A DNA stretch of 64,000 nt. It comes from Octopus vulgaris (taxonomy: Eukaryota). Shown here piece by piece: positions 36,561-50,337 of the stretch. Both the position numbers and the translations under genes were made by a program. The stretch lies in contig OX597814.1 of NCBI GenBank assembly GCA_951406725.2, forward strand, positions 214,892,001-214,956,000. Direction: 5' to 3'. Numbering within the stretch: position 1 is the stretch's first letter; each line of letters begins with the position of its first letter. A model generated the notes under the pieces. That model was not told where the DNA came from. It saw nothing but the letters and a program-made list of their open reading frames with translations, and did no database searches.

Positions 36561-39500
36561 CTCCTGTTTTCTTTACTCGTGTTCTGTCACAGCAGAAAAC
36601 TAAAGAACCGACAAAGAGTGTTACTTGGAAGAAACAAGAAAGAGTATGTGCAGATAACGAGAGATAGAATATCTCTTAACGAAATTTTGTTAAGTCGTGT
36701 ACTGCGTGCACAAAGGAGAACATTTTTTCTTCGTTGCTAAACCTGTTTTTGTGCTGAAAACAAAAAAACAAAAATACCAAAAAATAATCATTATTTTATG
36801 TGTGTGTATAATAATAATTTTTTTCGTGTGGTTCTTCCGTCTTTTTCTCTCTTTTTTATCGGTGTTGACACCGTGCAGAAAATCAGCAAAGATGGCGGGA
36901 AAATCAGTTCTGTTCTGTCAGCACGTGGACGAAAATTGAATGCTTTGGTCACTCCAGCAAATGGTGGCTTGAAGTGGGCCGTCGAATTTTTCCCTGTTGA
37001 TATTACGAGCGGAAATAACAGTTGCATTGCTGGAAAATGTGTTTTTCCTGCTTGTTGAGACTTATTCGTTTCAGCCAAGTTTTTTACGACAGGACTTTCT
37101 AGGCTGCTGTAAAAAAAATCTTCCGTAGCTGTTCACCATTTATAATGGTAATTTAGACTTGTCTTTATCTGTGGTCACAGAGACAGTTGTACACGTTGGA
37201 AAGAATTAACTGATATGCATTCTGTCTTATATCTACAGGCGTCTAGCTGTATGTAATTGTCGCTGTCAGCCACTTGGTGAAGTAAGTTCACAAACAAGTA
37301 GAAAAAAAACAGAGTTGTGTGTTGACGTTATGAAGATAGTGTCAGCGACAGTGGAAAGACATCAGTATAGTGGTGGCGTTGGTGGCGAGAGACGGTCTGG
37401 CCTGCAGGTTGTATATTAGCTGTGAAAACGATGGTGAAATGATTCACAAACAGTGCTGTATAAAAACCTGTGCGAGTTGCTGTGTACGTCTCTTGGCTTG
37501 CACGTTCATTTCACGTTCAGAGGTTACCATTTTTATAACGGGAGGCCATTGTTGGCCAAGATACTGGTAGGGTATCTTGTGTCTCCCATTATAAGTTTAA
37601 ATCCAGTCAAACGAAGTAACAAGTCAAAGACAAAGTGAGCTAACAAATCCGAATAACGTTTATTTACAGGCTCGAAGTTTGGCTCTCGTTAACCATCTCT
37701 AGCATAGTGTATTGCCCGCCGTGTTGTATGTGTGAGGCAGCGAGTTGCTGTTAGTGAGACGAGCTGCTTCTAGCGTGAGAGGCGCGCGAGAACGGAGAGT
37801 GAACAAGCTCAAGAGCTGACTTATATAGGTGTTCTTCCGGAAAAGCTTACTGTCTCGTTGCGCATGCCCACCAGAAGTTTGTGAGATCTCGCTCCGGTGT
37901 GGGGCAGCTAATGGCTGCCAGCGAGATCTCAATATGGCGAGTCTGTGTGACACTACACATCTGTGTACGTCATTTGTTTTACTCTAATTTACTTTAACTC
38001 TTAGTCCGGGGGAACGAGCAGAACCAACTTCACATGGTCATTGAAACTGGTGGTAGAAAGAGAGGGAGGCATTTTCAACAGGATACCCGGCCCGAATGCT
38101 TGCAACAAGAGTCAGGTGCCCGAGTAGCAACACAACCTGGACCAAGTCTTAGTGGTGGTGCTGCGACACGGGTAACAGTTAAGTCTACTACCCCGACAGG
38201 TCTTATTTGAAATCAAAGGTATAGCGCCAGATAATATTCCGTTCTACACTCCAATAATTCCTCTCGTCTACCGCCCAAAACTGTTATTTTAAACAATTTC
38301 TTTATGAAGTGAGATAATCTACTGTAATGTGAGAATTGTTGAAACGATTGATATTCAATAACCGATAAAGAGAGAAACTAGAATGTTTTCTCATCAACTT
38401 TTCAACAGATATCCACTTTCTGCTTTTCAACTATTCAGATTTCTTATAAGTGGAAGTATAGAAAAATGTTTTTCGCATGCAATGATGTTTTCCTTTTGAA
38501 ATACATTGGAAAGAATAATTCTAAATACTAGGTTTGAAAAATGAAGTGAAGATTGTAATGGCAGCGGTGTTAATATTTTCACAACGTGTGATATTAATGT
38601 AACGGCAAAAGTCTTGTCAAAATGAAATGGAATTCGGACAACTGAATGTAAAAAATTTGTGAATTTCTGTAAATGTGTTTTTTCTATTATTCTAAATATT
38701 AGTTCGAGGTAAAAGAGTTTCATTTCGCCACCAAAAGAAAGAGAAGAAAAAAAAAAAACAGTACTTAATGAAAGAAAGAAACTGGGACAGATTACTACAT
38801 TACTTTTGATTTGTAGATAATGTTCGAGCAGACAATTTCAGCAGATTTTTGCGTTGGAACCGCCCCCGCCCAAACACGGGTTCAATACAGATATTTTGAG
38901 CAAAACTAACAAACAAATACGTCAGTGCTATCGTCTCTAGAAAAGTAGCTTTCTTTCTTTCTTTTTTTTTTTCGGTCTTTCTCGAGTCAAAAACTAAAAT
39001 AAGTAGTATTCTGATTTCGTAAGAGAGATTATATCAGTTATCTTCCTCAAGCTACAAATACTACGCAACACATTTATGCGCTATAGCTGGATGTAACTTC
39101 TGACGTATATATTCGTGCTAGCATCAATTAAATATGGCTCGGTGACGTACAACAAAACTATCTGAATGGGAATATATCTGATCGAACCAGCTGCTCTTAA
39201 ATATATCTTTCTAATCTCCCTGCTGACATTTTAATCGATATTTTGATTCTTGTTCTTCACTACCGAAAAAATCCTTTACAGCAACAATGTATCAGTTCGA
39301 TTTCAGAGGACACCTATACGTTATCTTTTCAATCTATTTTACAACTTGTTTCACACTTTGTATTATACTGCTATTATACTCATTAATAACATGGAGTACT
39401 GTACAATCTACATGGTTTTCTTTATCTTACAGTTGTCGCTGAAATCGTTATATAAACTAATAAAGAGATAGCTATAATGAAAACATATTAGAAATTGTTC

Positions 39501-40767
39501 TTTACACACACACACACACACACACGTGTGCGCGCGCGTGTGTGTGTGTGTGTGTGTGTGCGTGCGTGTATTTGTATGTATGTACAACGTTTCTGATTAT
39601 CATCTTGCAGTCTCTCCTAGACTTCTGCTGTGTTGGCGTTGATAGCGATTAACTGAAATACGTAAACATTTACGTAAGAACTTCCCAAGCCCATCATCGT
39701 TTTAACCGATGAAAGAAGGTAGGATTTGAACACAGAATCCAGGGCACCAGAATAAATACCACACGTCATAACAAACTATTTTATATATTTAAATGCTTTT
39801 TGCAATAAAGAAACACTTTATTCAAATGGCTCTGAGGAAGCTGTAAGATGTTGCACTGGCACTTAATCCTGGGTGCATGGTTTATTATCAAAGAAACTAC
39901 TGCAAGCTAATGAAAGTGATTACAAAACTTTGCTTTCTTTTTTGTCATTCATTTTAAATCAATATTACACTCTGTAATGTCCTGCTGGTTTAGTGTAAAT
40001 TATAAGTATTGCGAGTTCTAACAACTGGTTTTGAGTATCACAATGGCTAACACTAAGCGATTTCATTTTGTGTGTTTGAAAAGGTTTAACGAAAGCCATC
40101 ACACACTAGAAAAAAACTTCTTCTCTATAAAGGCTAGTAACATCCTCATAAAATATTTCATAACATGTTTTTGAAACACATCTTTTTTTAAATCACCTTT
40201 ATACTTCAAAAACTGTATTAAATAATCCTCATAGACTTACAAATATATATATATATATTTGGCGATTTTGACCACTAATCGAATTTCACGTTATGCGAAT
40301 TTTACGTTATATATATATATATATATATGTATTTGGTGATTTTGGCCACTACTCGAATTTCACGTTATGCGATCGTTCAGCTGAATATTTTTTCTTGTAC
40401 AATCTTTAAAATTCCTTTGTTCTTGCATAAGTATTGCAATAAAAATTCCTATTTTTTAATTTTTTAACAATTATTATTTGACAGAGATTTGACGTGATCT
40501 ATTGATGCATTTGGTTCCGTGTGTAGCTGTAGCTAATTTTTGTATTATTCATATTGAAAAAAAAAACATATAATACGTATGGTTGGGTGGAAAATGCTAA
40601 ATGATTAACACAAATTAATCTTTCACCTATTGGTTGGTACAGTTAGGCTGAAGACCAGGTTCAAATTAAAGTCTTTTTAGCTTCTATTTCTGAAATTTTG
40701 ATTCATTTGCTTAACATTAAACATGAACACTAACGAAACACCGTTATAAAAAAGAGGGGTCGGATTT

Positions 40768-41180
40768 CTCTTTTCTCTCCCTTTTTACTTGTTTCAGTCA
40801 TTTGACTGCGGCCATGCTGGAGCACCGCCTTTAGTCGAGCAAATCGACCAATCGACTTATTCTTTGTAAGCCCAGTACTTATTCTATCGGTCTCTTTTGC
40901 CGAACCGCTAAGTGACGGGGACGTAAACACACCAGCATCGGTTGTCAAGCAATGCTAGGGGGACAAACACAGACACACAAACACACACACATACATATAT
41001 ATATATACATATATACGACAGGCTTCTTTCAGTTTCAGTCTACCAAATCCACTCACAAGGCATTGGTCGGCCCGGGGCTATAGCAGAAGACACTTGCCCA
41101 AGATGCCACGCAGTGGGACTGAACCCGGAACCATGTGGTTGGTAAGCAAGCTACTTACCACACAGCCACTCCTGCGCCTA
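40768..41180 (-). mobile_element. SINE family B, full length
   Basis: Family match. Confidence 0.9.
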
Positions 41181-41401
41181 TCCTGCGATTGAGTATTATT
41201 TTGAGAGGATAAATTACTTATGCCGGAGAGTTGTACTTTGTTGGGTTGGGTGGTTAGAATTCACGTCGCCCAAAGTTTATGGAGCATGAAATACGGTCAG
41301 CGACGAAAGCCTCTGTTCAAAAAACTGTATGAATAAACCCTACACCATCAACTGAGTATTATCCTCCGTTTTCATTTATCAACCTAACTCATGGACCATG
41401 A

Positions 41402-41850
41402 GTATAATGTTAGGGTGTTAGGGTTAGGATTTTAGGGTTAGGGTTAGAGTTTTAGGGTTAGGGTTAAGGTTTTAGAATTAGGGTTGTCATAAATAACAGT
41501 GACAAACGAAATATACAGCGCCGGAAGTTCTTGTTGACAAACAACAGCAGTAATTTTAGTCAGCTGAATACACGTCATTGATTGGTTGAAATTAACGAAA
41601 CACTACAACTTTAACGTGAAATAACTTCCTAAATATAAGTTTTTCTCAAAAACGCTGAGAGTAAAATATGTATTATATACACATTATACCAGTGTTCGAA
41701 GTTTGAAAGTGCTTAGTTACAAAAAAAAAAAAAATATTTTTTGAATCTGTCTGTCAAAATGTAAAGATCTACAACCTTTTTACTTGTCTGATTTTTGCTA
41801 CCCTGGTAACTATTTATCTATTTTCCGTGTTAATTGTAAACAAGGGGAAA

Positions 41851-41897
<47 letters not shown>
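41402..41897 (+). repeat. Left arm of an inverted duplication: TTAGGG-rich MITE half, flank and (CA)n
   Basis: Reverse complement of about 44160-44655. Confidence 0.9.
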
Positions 41898-41901
<4 letters not shown>

Positions 41902-43067
41902 TTTGTGTGTGTGTGTATATTTATAATTATATGTATATGTATGTGTGTGTACATATACATTTAAACATCTGTATATACACACGAGTGAATATATATATGT
42001 AAATGTATACACACACATACAGGTACTTATGTATACACTCACACAAATACGTTTTGGATTTAACAAACAAGAAAAAAGTATACTCAATGATAGTGGTAGA
42101 GTATTTTCTTATGAAACTAGTGATTCCTTTAATTACTTCTCTCGCTGGATGTGATGTTTCAGACGATAACAGAAATAAGGCTTCATACGAAATCACCATA
42201 GGATGGTCCGTGAATTGCTTTCTTTAGATGTCATATGGTTTGATTATGATATAACTTAGTGTAAGTTGGAATAGAAACAAATGAGTAAATGTGTGTTCAT
42301 GTTGTCTATAGGGGCAGGAATTACAATAGATCTCATTTGCCATTCATACTCGTTGTTGTTTAAAAAAAATGCTTTCAGAACGTATTTTCTGTGAAATTTT
42401 CAAAATTAAAAATTCGCTATCATTAAATATATCACACTGAGATTGAAAAAGGAAGACCTTTAAAATAGGAAGCTGTTATATGCTAGCAATTCCAATTAAA
42501 AATTTTCTTTTGCTTCCTGAAAGTCAAGTGGCTGATGTTAAAATCAACGACTTCAGACATCATTGTTAAAATGAGAGCTGATTTCTATAATAAAGTGGAT
42601 AATAATTTCATTAATGTTCAACAGACGAATGTATTTGAACATTAATATTGATTTCTAGAATAGTCACGAATCCACAGATATTAGGGGGAAATATAGTCTG
42701 TTAAATTGACTTGGGTCTGTTATCGACCTTGGAAAATGGAATACAAAGTTGAGTGATATTATAAATGAATAACGCGACTAAGATATTTGTAGTAGTTAAA
42801 ATATGGATTAAAAAATATTAATGTTTCGCAGTTAAAATATAAAATAATGTTAATCTTAGCTGAACGAAACTGAAATTAAATGGCTACTTACCAGAAGAAT
42901 AAAGTGTGCTGAAATATCTAGATACCTTTACAGAAAGTAATGGGTCTTAGAAAAGGAATTTAATGAAGGATTACAGACGGTTACTCAAATTACAAAAATG
43001 CTTTCGAGTGTATAGAAAACATAAAGACTGAAATAATAATATCTTGTTTTTAGTTATTTCTTTTCAC

Positions 43068-43222
43068 TATAGGCGGCACAAGGCGAGACATTTTGGAAGA
43101 AGGCTAGTCAACTTCCTTGATCCTAGTGTTAAATTGGTACTTATTTTATCGACCCCCCGCCAAAAATGAAATGTAAAGTCGACTGCGGCAGAAATTGAAC
43201 TTAGAACGTAGAGCCAGAAAAA
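43068..43222 (-). mobile_element. SINE family A, old copy
   Basis: TGGTACTTATTTTATCGACCCC...AAAGTCGAC. Confidence 0.65.
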
Positions 43223-43230
43223 AATGTCGC

Positions 43231-43645
43231 AGGCGCAGGAGTGGCTGTGTGGTAAGTAGCTTGCCTACCAACCACATGGTTCTGGGTTCAGTCCCACTGC
43301 GTGGCATCTTGGGCAAGTGTATTCTGCTATAGCCTCGGGCCGAACAATGCCTTGTGAGTGGATTTGGTAGACGGAAACTGAAAGAAGCCTGTCGTATATA
43401 TGTATATATATGTATGTGTATGTATGTGTGTGTTTGTGTCTGTGTTTCTCCCTCTAGCATTGCTTGACAACCGATGCTGGTGTGTTTACGTCCCCGTCAC
43501 TTAGCGGTTCGGCAAAAAGAGACTGATAGAATAAGTACTGGGCTTACAAAGAATAAGTCCCGGGGTCGATTTGCTCAACTAAAGGCGGTGATCCAGCATG
43601 GCCGCAGTCAAATGACTGAAACAAGTAAAAGAGTAAAAGAGTAAG
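43231..43645 (+). mobile_element. SINE family B, full length
   Basis: Family match; tail (GTAAAAGA)n. Confidence 0.9.
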
Positions 43646-44047
43646 AGTATATATATATTTATGTCAGGCGTGCTTACGATCCTGCCACGTCACCGTTTTA
43701 TCTCACTTTTAACAATAATATTATTTGCAACGGGTAAAGAAAGAAATATTTCCTAACTAAATGACGGATTTGTTTAAACAAAGAACTTCAAAAATTACTT
43801 CATGTGTTGTTATTTTATACAAAGAGCTTCTACAAGTTCTCACCAGTCTAGTTTTCTCTATGCGGCACTCAGTTGTGATCTATTCATCGCATGTGTATTG
43901 TTCTCAGTTAAGCAGGGTATAAAGCTCTTCTCCTGGTACATTGGAATGCATATGATAGCGATTAACATAACATAACAGCTGGTTTCAGGCTGAGAGTGAA
44001 GTATATGGGCAAACTGTCACTATCTGCTTCTTTATTCACATACGTAC

Positions 44048-44800
<753 letters not shown>

Positions 44801-45251
44801 TTCTCTTCTTTCAGGACTGTTCTAAGGACTGGACGTATCATATATCTCTCTCTCCCATCTCTTCTCTTGTCAAAGAAAATATTTCTTCAGCGTTCGCTGC
44901 TTTACCCTCGTTCTGGTTTAATGACTCTCCATGTTCATTTTCGTTCGGTTTCGTTGTATGACTCCACTGTCCTATTTTTGTTCCCAAATTTGACTCCCCA
45001 TAAATCCCAAATTTATTTCCGTACTTATGGGAGCAACTGTCATCGAAAACTCATATTGTCGTAAAATGCACAAAATAAGGAGCCGACAACTGATGAAGGG
45101 TCGTTTTTTATGTTAATTGTCTTCTTTCCCATTTGTTGCTCTCGTTTGCGTATTGAACTGATTTGTTTTCACATTTCATGTTGTTTACTGTTGGTGACGT
45201 CATGTATCCATATATTTATATGAAGGCATATATATACGTATATACACACAC

Positions 45252-45299
<48 letters not shown>

Positions 45300-45477
45300 T
45301 TATATATGTATATTTGTATAAATATGTATATATATATATATATGTATATATATTTATATATGTATATACATGTATATATATATGTATATATATGTATATA
45401 TATATCTGTATATATATATGTATATATCTGTGTATATATATGTGTATATATATGTATATATGTATGTATATATATAT

Positions 45478-46581
45478 ATATAGAAATTAAATATAAATTA
45501 CAAATGGGACAAGAACGCAAAAACACACAAAGAGACGACACAAAAAAACAGACGGGTCATTCGAAACCTCTAATCTTCAGTCGGGAACCGAATCATCTTA
45601 GCAATTTCGGCTAATTAATCCTGATATCGCTCCGATACGGCCAGCCCCGAAGAAAAACTAAGCTACGGGCATTAGATTTCTTGGAAAGAGGATCGAATGT
45701 ATACGAAACAAAGACAGGATGCCACACGAATATAAATACAAGAAACAAAAAATAGAAATAAAAAACAAGAATAGTAATAACAGGACAAAACACCGGGTGT
45801 CTTACGACTTCAGACAATTTTTAACTTATCTTGGCTGGCGTATTTGAAAAATGCCTTTGCGGCAAACGAAGACAACAGTGTTAACATGGCAGCGGTCAAG
45901 CCGAAAAGACCAGTTTGAAGGCAGTCACGTGAGAGGACGAAAGAGAGAGAAAGAAAAGCAGGGGGCAAGGAATCAAAGAGAGAGAGAGAAAGAAAGGGAC
46001 GAAGGCACCAAGGGAGAGAGAGAGAGAAGGAAGGAATTAAAGAGGGGAGAATAAACAGGATTGGCTTAGCAATAGAAATAATGGTGCAAAGTAAGAAAGA
46101 CGGAGAAATGTGATAGAGTGGGGGAAGAATCAGAGGCAAGGAAAGAGAAAGACACAGACTATAGAGAAAGTGTGTGTAAAGACGTCGTACAAGGTGGAAT
46201 GTGCATACATAGGAGATAGGGGTACGTTACGCCGCAATAATATATGTATAGAAATTAAATATAAATTACAAATGGGACAAGAACGCAAAAACACACAAAG
46301 AGACGACACAAAAAAACATACGGGTCATTCGAAGCCTCTAATCTTCAGTCGGGAACCGGATCATCTTAGCAATTTCGGCTGATTAATCCTGATATCGCTC
46401 CGATACGGCCCCAAAGAAAAACTAAGCTACGGGCATTAGATTTCTTGGAAAGAGGATCGAATGTATACGAAACAAAGACAGGATGCCACACGAATATAAA
46501 TACAAGAAACAAAAAATAGAAATAAAAAACAAGAATAGTAATAACAGGACAAAACAGCGGGTGTCTTACGACTTCAGACAA
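45478..46581 (-). mobile_element. PLE-type element with ~335 bp direct terminal repeats (45478-45818 and 46247-46581)
   Basis: Near-identical direct repeats, (TA)n on both sides, no ORF. Related to 20398-21030. Confidence 0.7.
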
Positions 46582-47603
46582 TATATATATATATATATAC
46601 GTCTCCAAGCCTATAAGCATACATACGCACTCGCGTGTAGACACGTACATAAACACACACGCACCCACACGCACGCGCGCACACACACATATATACATAC
46701 AACAGAATATCCGCATATATAGACGGACATTACGCGCGTACACGCTCACATGTATATACGCGCGCCCCTCACTACATACACACACGTATATGCCCACGCC
46801 TCTAGGTCTAGGTATAAGATATTAAAGGATGTGTATAAGAACGTATGTAAAGAATCCCGTACTCATGTTAATACGCGCACGCACACACGGCTGTGTGTCC
46901 GTATGTGCGTGCACATATACACTCATATACACACACAGAGACACACGCGCACATGGGTATAGCCATAAGATATCGAAGTATGCATGTACATATACGCGCG
47001 TGCACATGTATGTATGCGCATACACACGTACGCGGACGCTCGCATACTCAAAAGGCGGATCCATAGGTAAGTAAATAAACATATATAGAGGTGTAAAGCG
47101 ATAAATTAGGGGTAAGAATGAGGGTAAGGGTAAAGATTAGAAATAAAAAATACAGTATAAAATAAGAAATACAATGTAATAGTTAGAAATGAAATATAAG
47201 AATTATAAGGGTTATAAGAGTTAAGGTAAGGGATGAAAATGAAAATGAGAGTAAATGGAAGTAGAATAAAAGTAAAAATAAAATTAAAAATAAAAATAAA
47301 TGGAAGTAGGATAAAGATAAAAATAAAAATAAAAATAAAAATAAAATAAAATAAAGTAAAAAAAATAAAAAAATAAGGTAAAAATATAGGGTAAAAATAT
47401 AATTTTGTAAAGTTTAACATGAGATGGAGGTGGCACACATATATATATATATGTATATGTACACATACGTACACGTATGTGCACATACACACGCACACAC
47501 ACACACACACACATACACACGCACATATAGGAAAGCGGGATGTGCTGGAGCCGACAGGTTGCACCGGGTGGGAGGAAATAGCATGGGGGAGTTGGTATAA
47601 GAC

Positions 47604-48629
47604 CTAAGCATTGTAGTATTTATTGTAGTATTTGAAAGTATTAATAAGTTTATGTATACAGGATGGTTTGAACTCTGACCTTTTGTTAATAAGATTGTGT
47701 TTGTCTTTGAATTTCAAGATGTTCAGGAGTTCTACACAGCATAGTTGGCATCCTGCTCTATTATTTAAATAAGGTGCAGCTGATCCGATGATGGACCATC
47801 TGAGTTTGAAGCCTATGCATTTGTCTTTTAATTCCCAAATTCTTTTAGAGAGGGAGGTGCTGTTAGCCTTATGTCTATGTCTCAGCGAGGACCGGTGGTT
47901 GTAGTATCTGGATTTCCAGGAGGTTGAGCAACCAATATAGGTGAGTGTGTTAAACTGAGTACTCACCTCACATGAGTATATTACGTTTTTCGCCCTGCAT
48001 GCGCCCTGCAGCGGGCACTCTGATGCACATCTGCAGTTGCATTGCATTGCATTATTCGGTCGTGTGCTGCTAATCCCAGGCGGAGGTGTTGCAATACGAG
48101 TGGGGGCGTTGGTATCCTCCTGGTTGTTGATGGGTGTAGTATTTCCTCTGTTGTGTTGGCGGGTGTTATTACTAACTGCTTGGGTAGTATGGCTGCCAGT
48201 CTGGTTATATTGCCTACTGTCTAGATGAGGGGGGTTCTGTTGGTCGCTATGGTTTGCTCTTGATCTAGCTGTTCTAATATTAATATAGTTGTGTTTAGCT
48301 AAGAGGCAGCTCATGTTGGGCAGGGTAGAGTAGGAAATCCTAATAGTTTTGTTGGAGAAGATACTTCTATATTTGTGGGTGGGTGGGAAGTTGTTGGAAA
48401 TTATAGAGAATATTCTCTTACATAACTTACCCCTAACTGCTAAGTTGAAAGGTATGTTGAACCATATATATTTGCGTAATCTACTATTATCCCTTCTATT
48501 TCTCCTAATAGGATCTATATTGCTCTCGTCGGGAGGGTTATTATTGTGTGCTGTTCTATTAGTTCGCCTATTTCCTATACGTTGTTTGGAGTTTGAATTA
48601 GACTTATCGGTAGTGTGAGTTGAGTGCTG
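47604..48629 (-). CDS. PLE ORF C-terminal part: post-RT linker and GIY-YIG endonuclease (5' truncated, no stops seen)
   Basis: IWFNIPFN...FPPTHKYRSIF..IRISYSTLPNM upstream in frame; CNC..CPLQGAC..NVIY...YIGC..WKSRYYNH..LSKRIWELK..CQLC..E..LINKRSE..CIH. Confidence 0.88.
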   Translation of the reverse strand, partial: QHSTHTTDKSNSNSKQRIGNRRTNRTAHNNNPPDESNIDPIRRNRRDNSRLRKYIWFNIPFNLAVRGKLCKRIFSIISNNFPPTHKYRSIFSNKTIRISYSTLPNMSCLLAKHNYINIRTARSRANHSDQQNPPHLDSRQYNQTGSHTTQAVSNNTRQHNRGNTTPINNQEDTNAPTRIATPPPGISSTRPNNAMQCNCRCASECPLQGACRAKNVIYSCEVSTQFNTLTYIGCSTSWKSRYYNHRSSLRHRHKANSTSLSKRIWELKDKCIGFKLRWSIIGSAAPYLNNRAGCQLCCVELLNILKFKDKHNLINKRSEFKPSCIHKLINTFKYYNKYYNA

Positions 48630-50085
48630 AGTTCGATTACCTTATTTTTTTATTTTTTTACTTTATTTTATTTTATTTTTATTTTTATTTTTATTTTTAT
48701 CTTTATCCTACTTCCATTTATTTTTATTTTTAATTTTATTTTTACTTTTATTCTACTTCCATTTACTCTCATTTTCATTTTCATCCCTTACCTTAACTCT
48801 TATAACCCTTATAATTCTTATATTTCATTTCTAACTATTACATTGTATTTCTTATTTTATACTGTATTTTTTATTTCTAATCTTTACCCTTACCCTCATT
48901 CTTACCCCTAATTTATCGCTTTACACCTCTATATATGTTTATTTACTTACCTATGGATCCGCCTTTTGAGTATGCGAGCGTCCGCGTACGTGTGTATGCG
49001 CATACATACATGTGCACGCGCGTATATGTACATGCATACTTCGATATCTTATGGCTATACCCATGTGCGCGTGTGTCTCTGTGTGTATATATGAGTGTAT
49101 ATGTGCACGCACATACGGACACACAGCCGTGTGTGCGTGCGCGTATTAACATGAGTACGGGATTCTTTACATACGTTCTTATACACATCCTTTAATATCT
49201 TATACCTAGACCTAGAGGCGTGGGCATATACGTGTGTGTATGTAGTGAGGGGCGCGCGTATATACATGTGAGCGTGTACGCGCGTAATGTCCGTCTATAT
49301 ATGCGGATATTCTGTTGTATATATGCGGATATTCTGTTGTATGTATATATGTGTGTGTGCGCGCGTGCGTGTGGGTGCGTGTGTGTTTATGTACGTGTCT
49401 ACACGCGAGTGCGTATGTATGCTTATAGGCTTGGAGACGTATATGTACGCGTGTATGTGGGTGTATGTATCCATGATGATATGTATGTACTGGAAGTCCA
49501 TTTAATTCAAGGAACCAGATTAAATTCTCATCAGCTCTGATTTACGACGAAACTGTTAATTTACTGACAGTTCTACAACTAAGTTTTATCAATCTCCTGA
49601 CCACCATGCTTGGTCCGCGACCTCTATACATCCCTTATCTTTACATTCTTTTACACTTTTATCACGTTTTTATCAGGTTCTTTTACTTCTTTTACTATTA
49701 TTTCCATTTCTATTTTTACTTTACAACCTTATGCCTTTACATTTATTTATATTTCTTTATATTTCTTTATACCCCCTTTACATCTCCTTACAACTCTTTA
49801 TATCTTTATCCTCTACATTTTTATATCATTCTATACGTACATTTTTTATACATATTTTTTATCCCTCGTCCCGAACTCTCGCCCCTCCATCTTCACCTCT
49901 ATATACGTATTTATTTATTTACATTACCTCAACATCCAAGTTTCCTCATTCTACATTGAGAGAAGAAAGAGATGGACGCTTCAATTCTATGCTGCTGCCG
50001 CATTATGTCGTACGTGAACGAGAGGATTTGCATCCCCAACCAAGAATTTTTGATGTAACACATGTCCTTGTGGAAGCTGTTGTGC

Positions 50086-50163
50086 GCGGCTGAAGAAGGC
50101 CACAGACACACATTATGCTTTGTTATAAATCTGTCTAATAAAGGCCCGAAACATATGTACCGC
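50086..50163 (+). ncRNA. Type I hammerhead ribozyme motif with long stem II insert
   Basis: GCGG CUGAAGA A GGCC...GGCC C GAAAC AUAU GUA CCGC; palindromic ACAUAUGU stem III; 4 bp GC stem I. Confidence 0.75.
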
Positions 50164-50271
50164 TGAGTCCTTTGCCTCATGTTTTTATTTTTATTTTGAT
50201 CAATTTACTCCACCACCTACACCACCAAACGGTATACACAGGTGCTTATAATTATCAAGTACTCACCCCGA

Positions 50272-50337
<66 letters not shown>

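Larger units (their letters stand above)
34959..37957 (-). mobile_element. Ty3/Gypsy LTR retrotransposon, pol deleted and rearranged
   Basis: LTRs 37534-37957 and 34959-35387; TSD CATC; PBS TGGTAACCTCTGAACGTGA (similar to a tRNA-Trp PBS); PPT-like AGCGGGGAG before the 3' LTR. Confidence 0.9.
46596..50276 (-). mobile_element. Penelope-like element (Neptune-like), 5' truncated with inverted pseudo-LTR
   Basis: GIY-YIG ORF on the minus strand; 46596-47381 inverted at 48637-49444; hammerhead in the extended inverted copy; (TA)n flanks. Confidence 0.88.

Noticed and set aside
38855-39150. Promoter (GC box CCGCCCCCGCCC, TGACGT motifs)
   Set aside because: Short motifs expected by chance; no downstream exon identified.
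39826-39910. CTGAGGA...GAAAC hammerhead candidate
   Set aside because: No clear stem II closure or NUH site; at best a decayed relic.
40255-40372. Short ~42 bp repeat pair as a CRISPR-like array
   Set aside because: Two copies separated by (TA)n in eukaryotic DNA; a simple local duplication.
49530-49580. CTGAT...GAAACTGT...ACAGTTC hammerhead candidate
   Set aside because: Stem III pairs, but the CUGAnGA core and stem II are incomplete.
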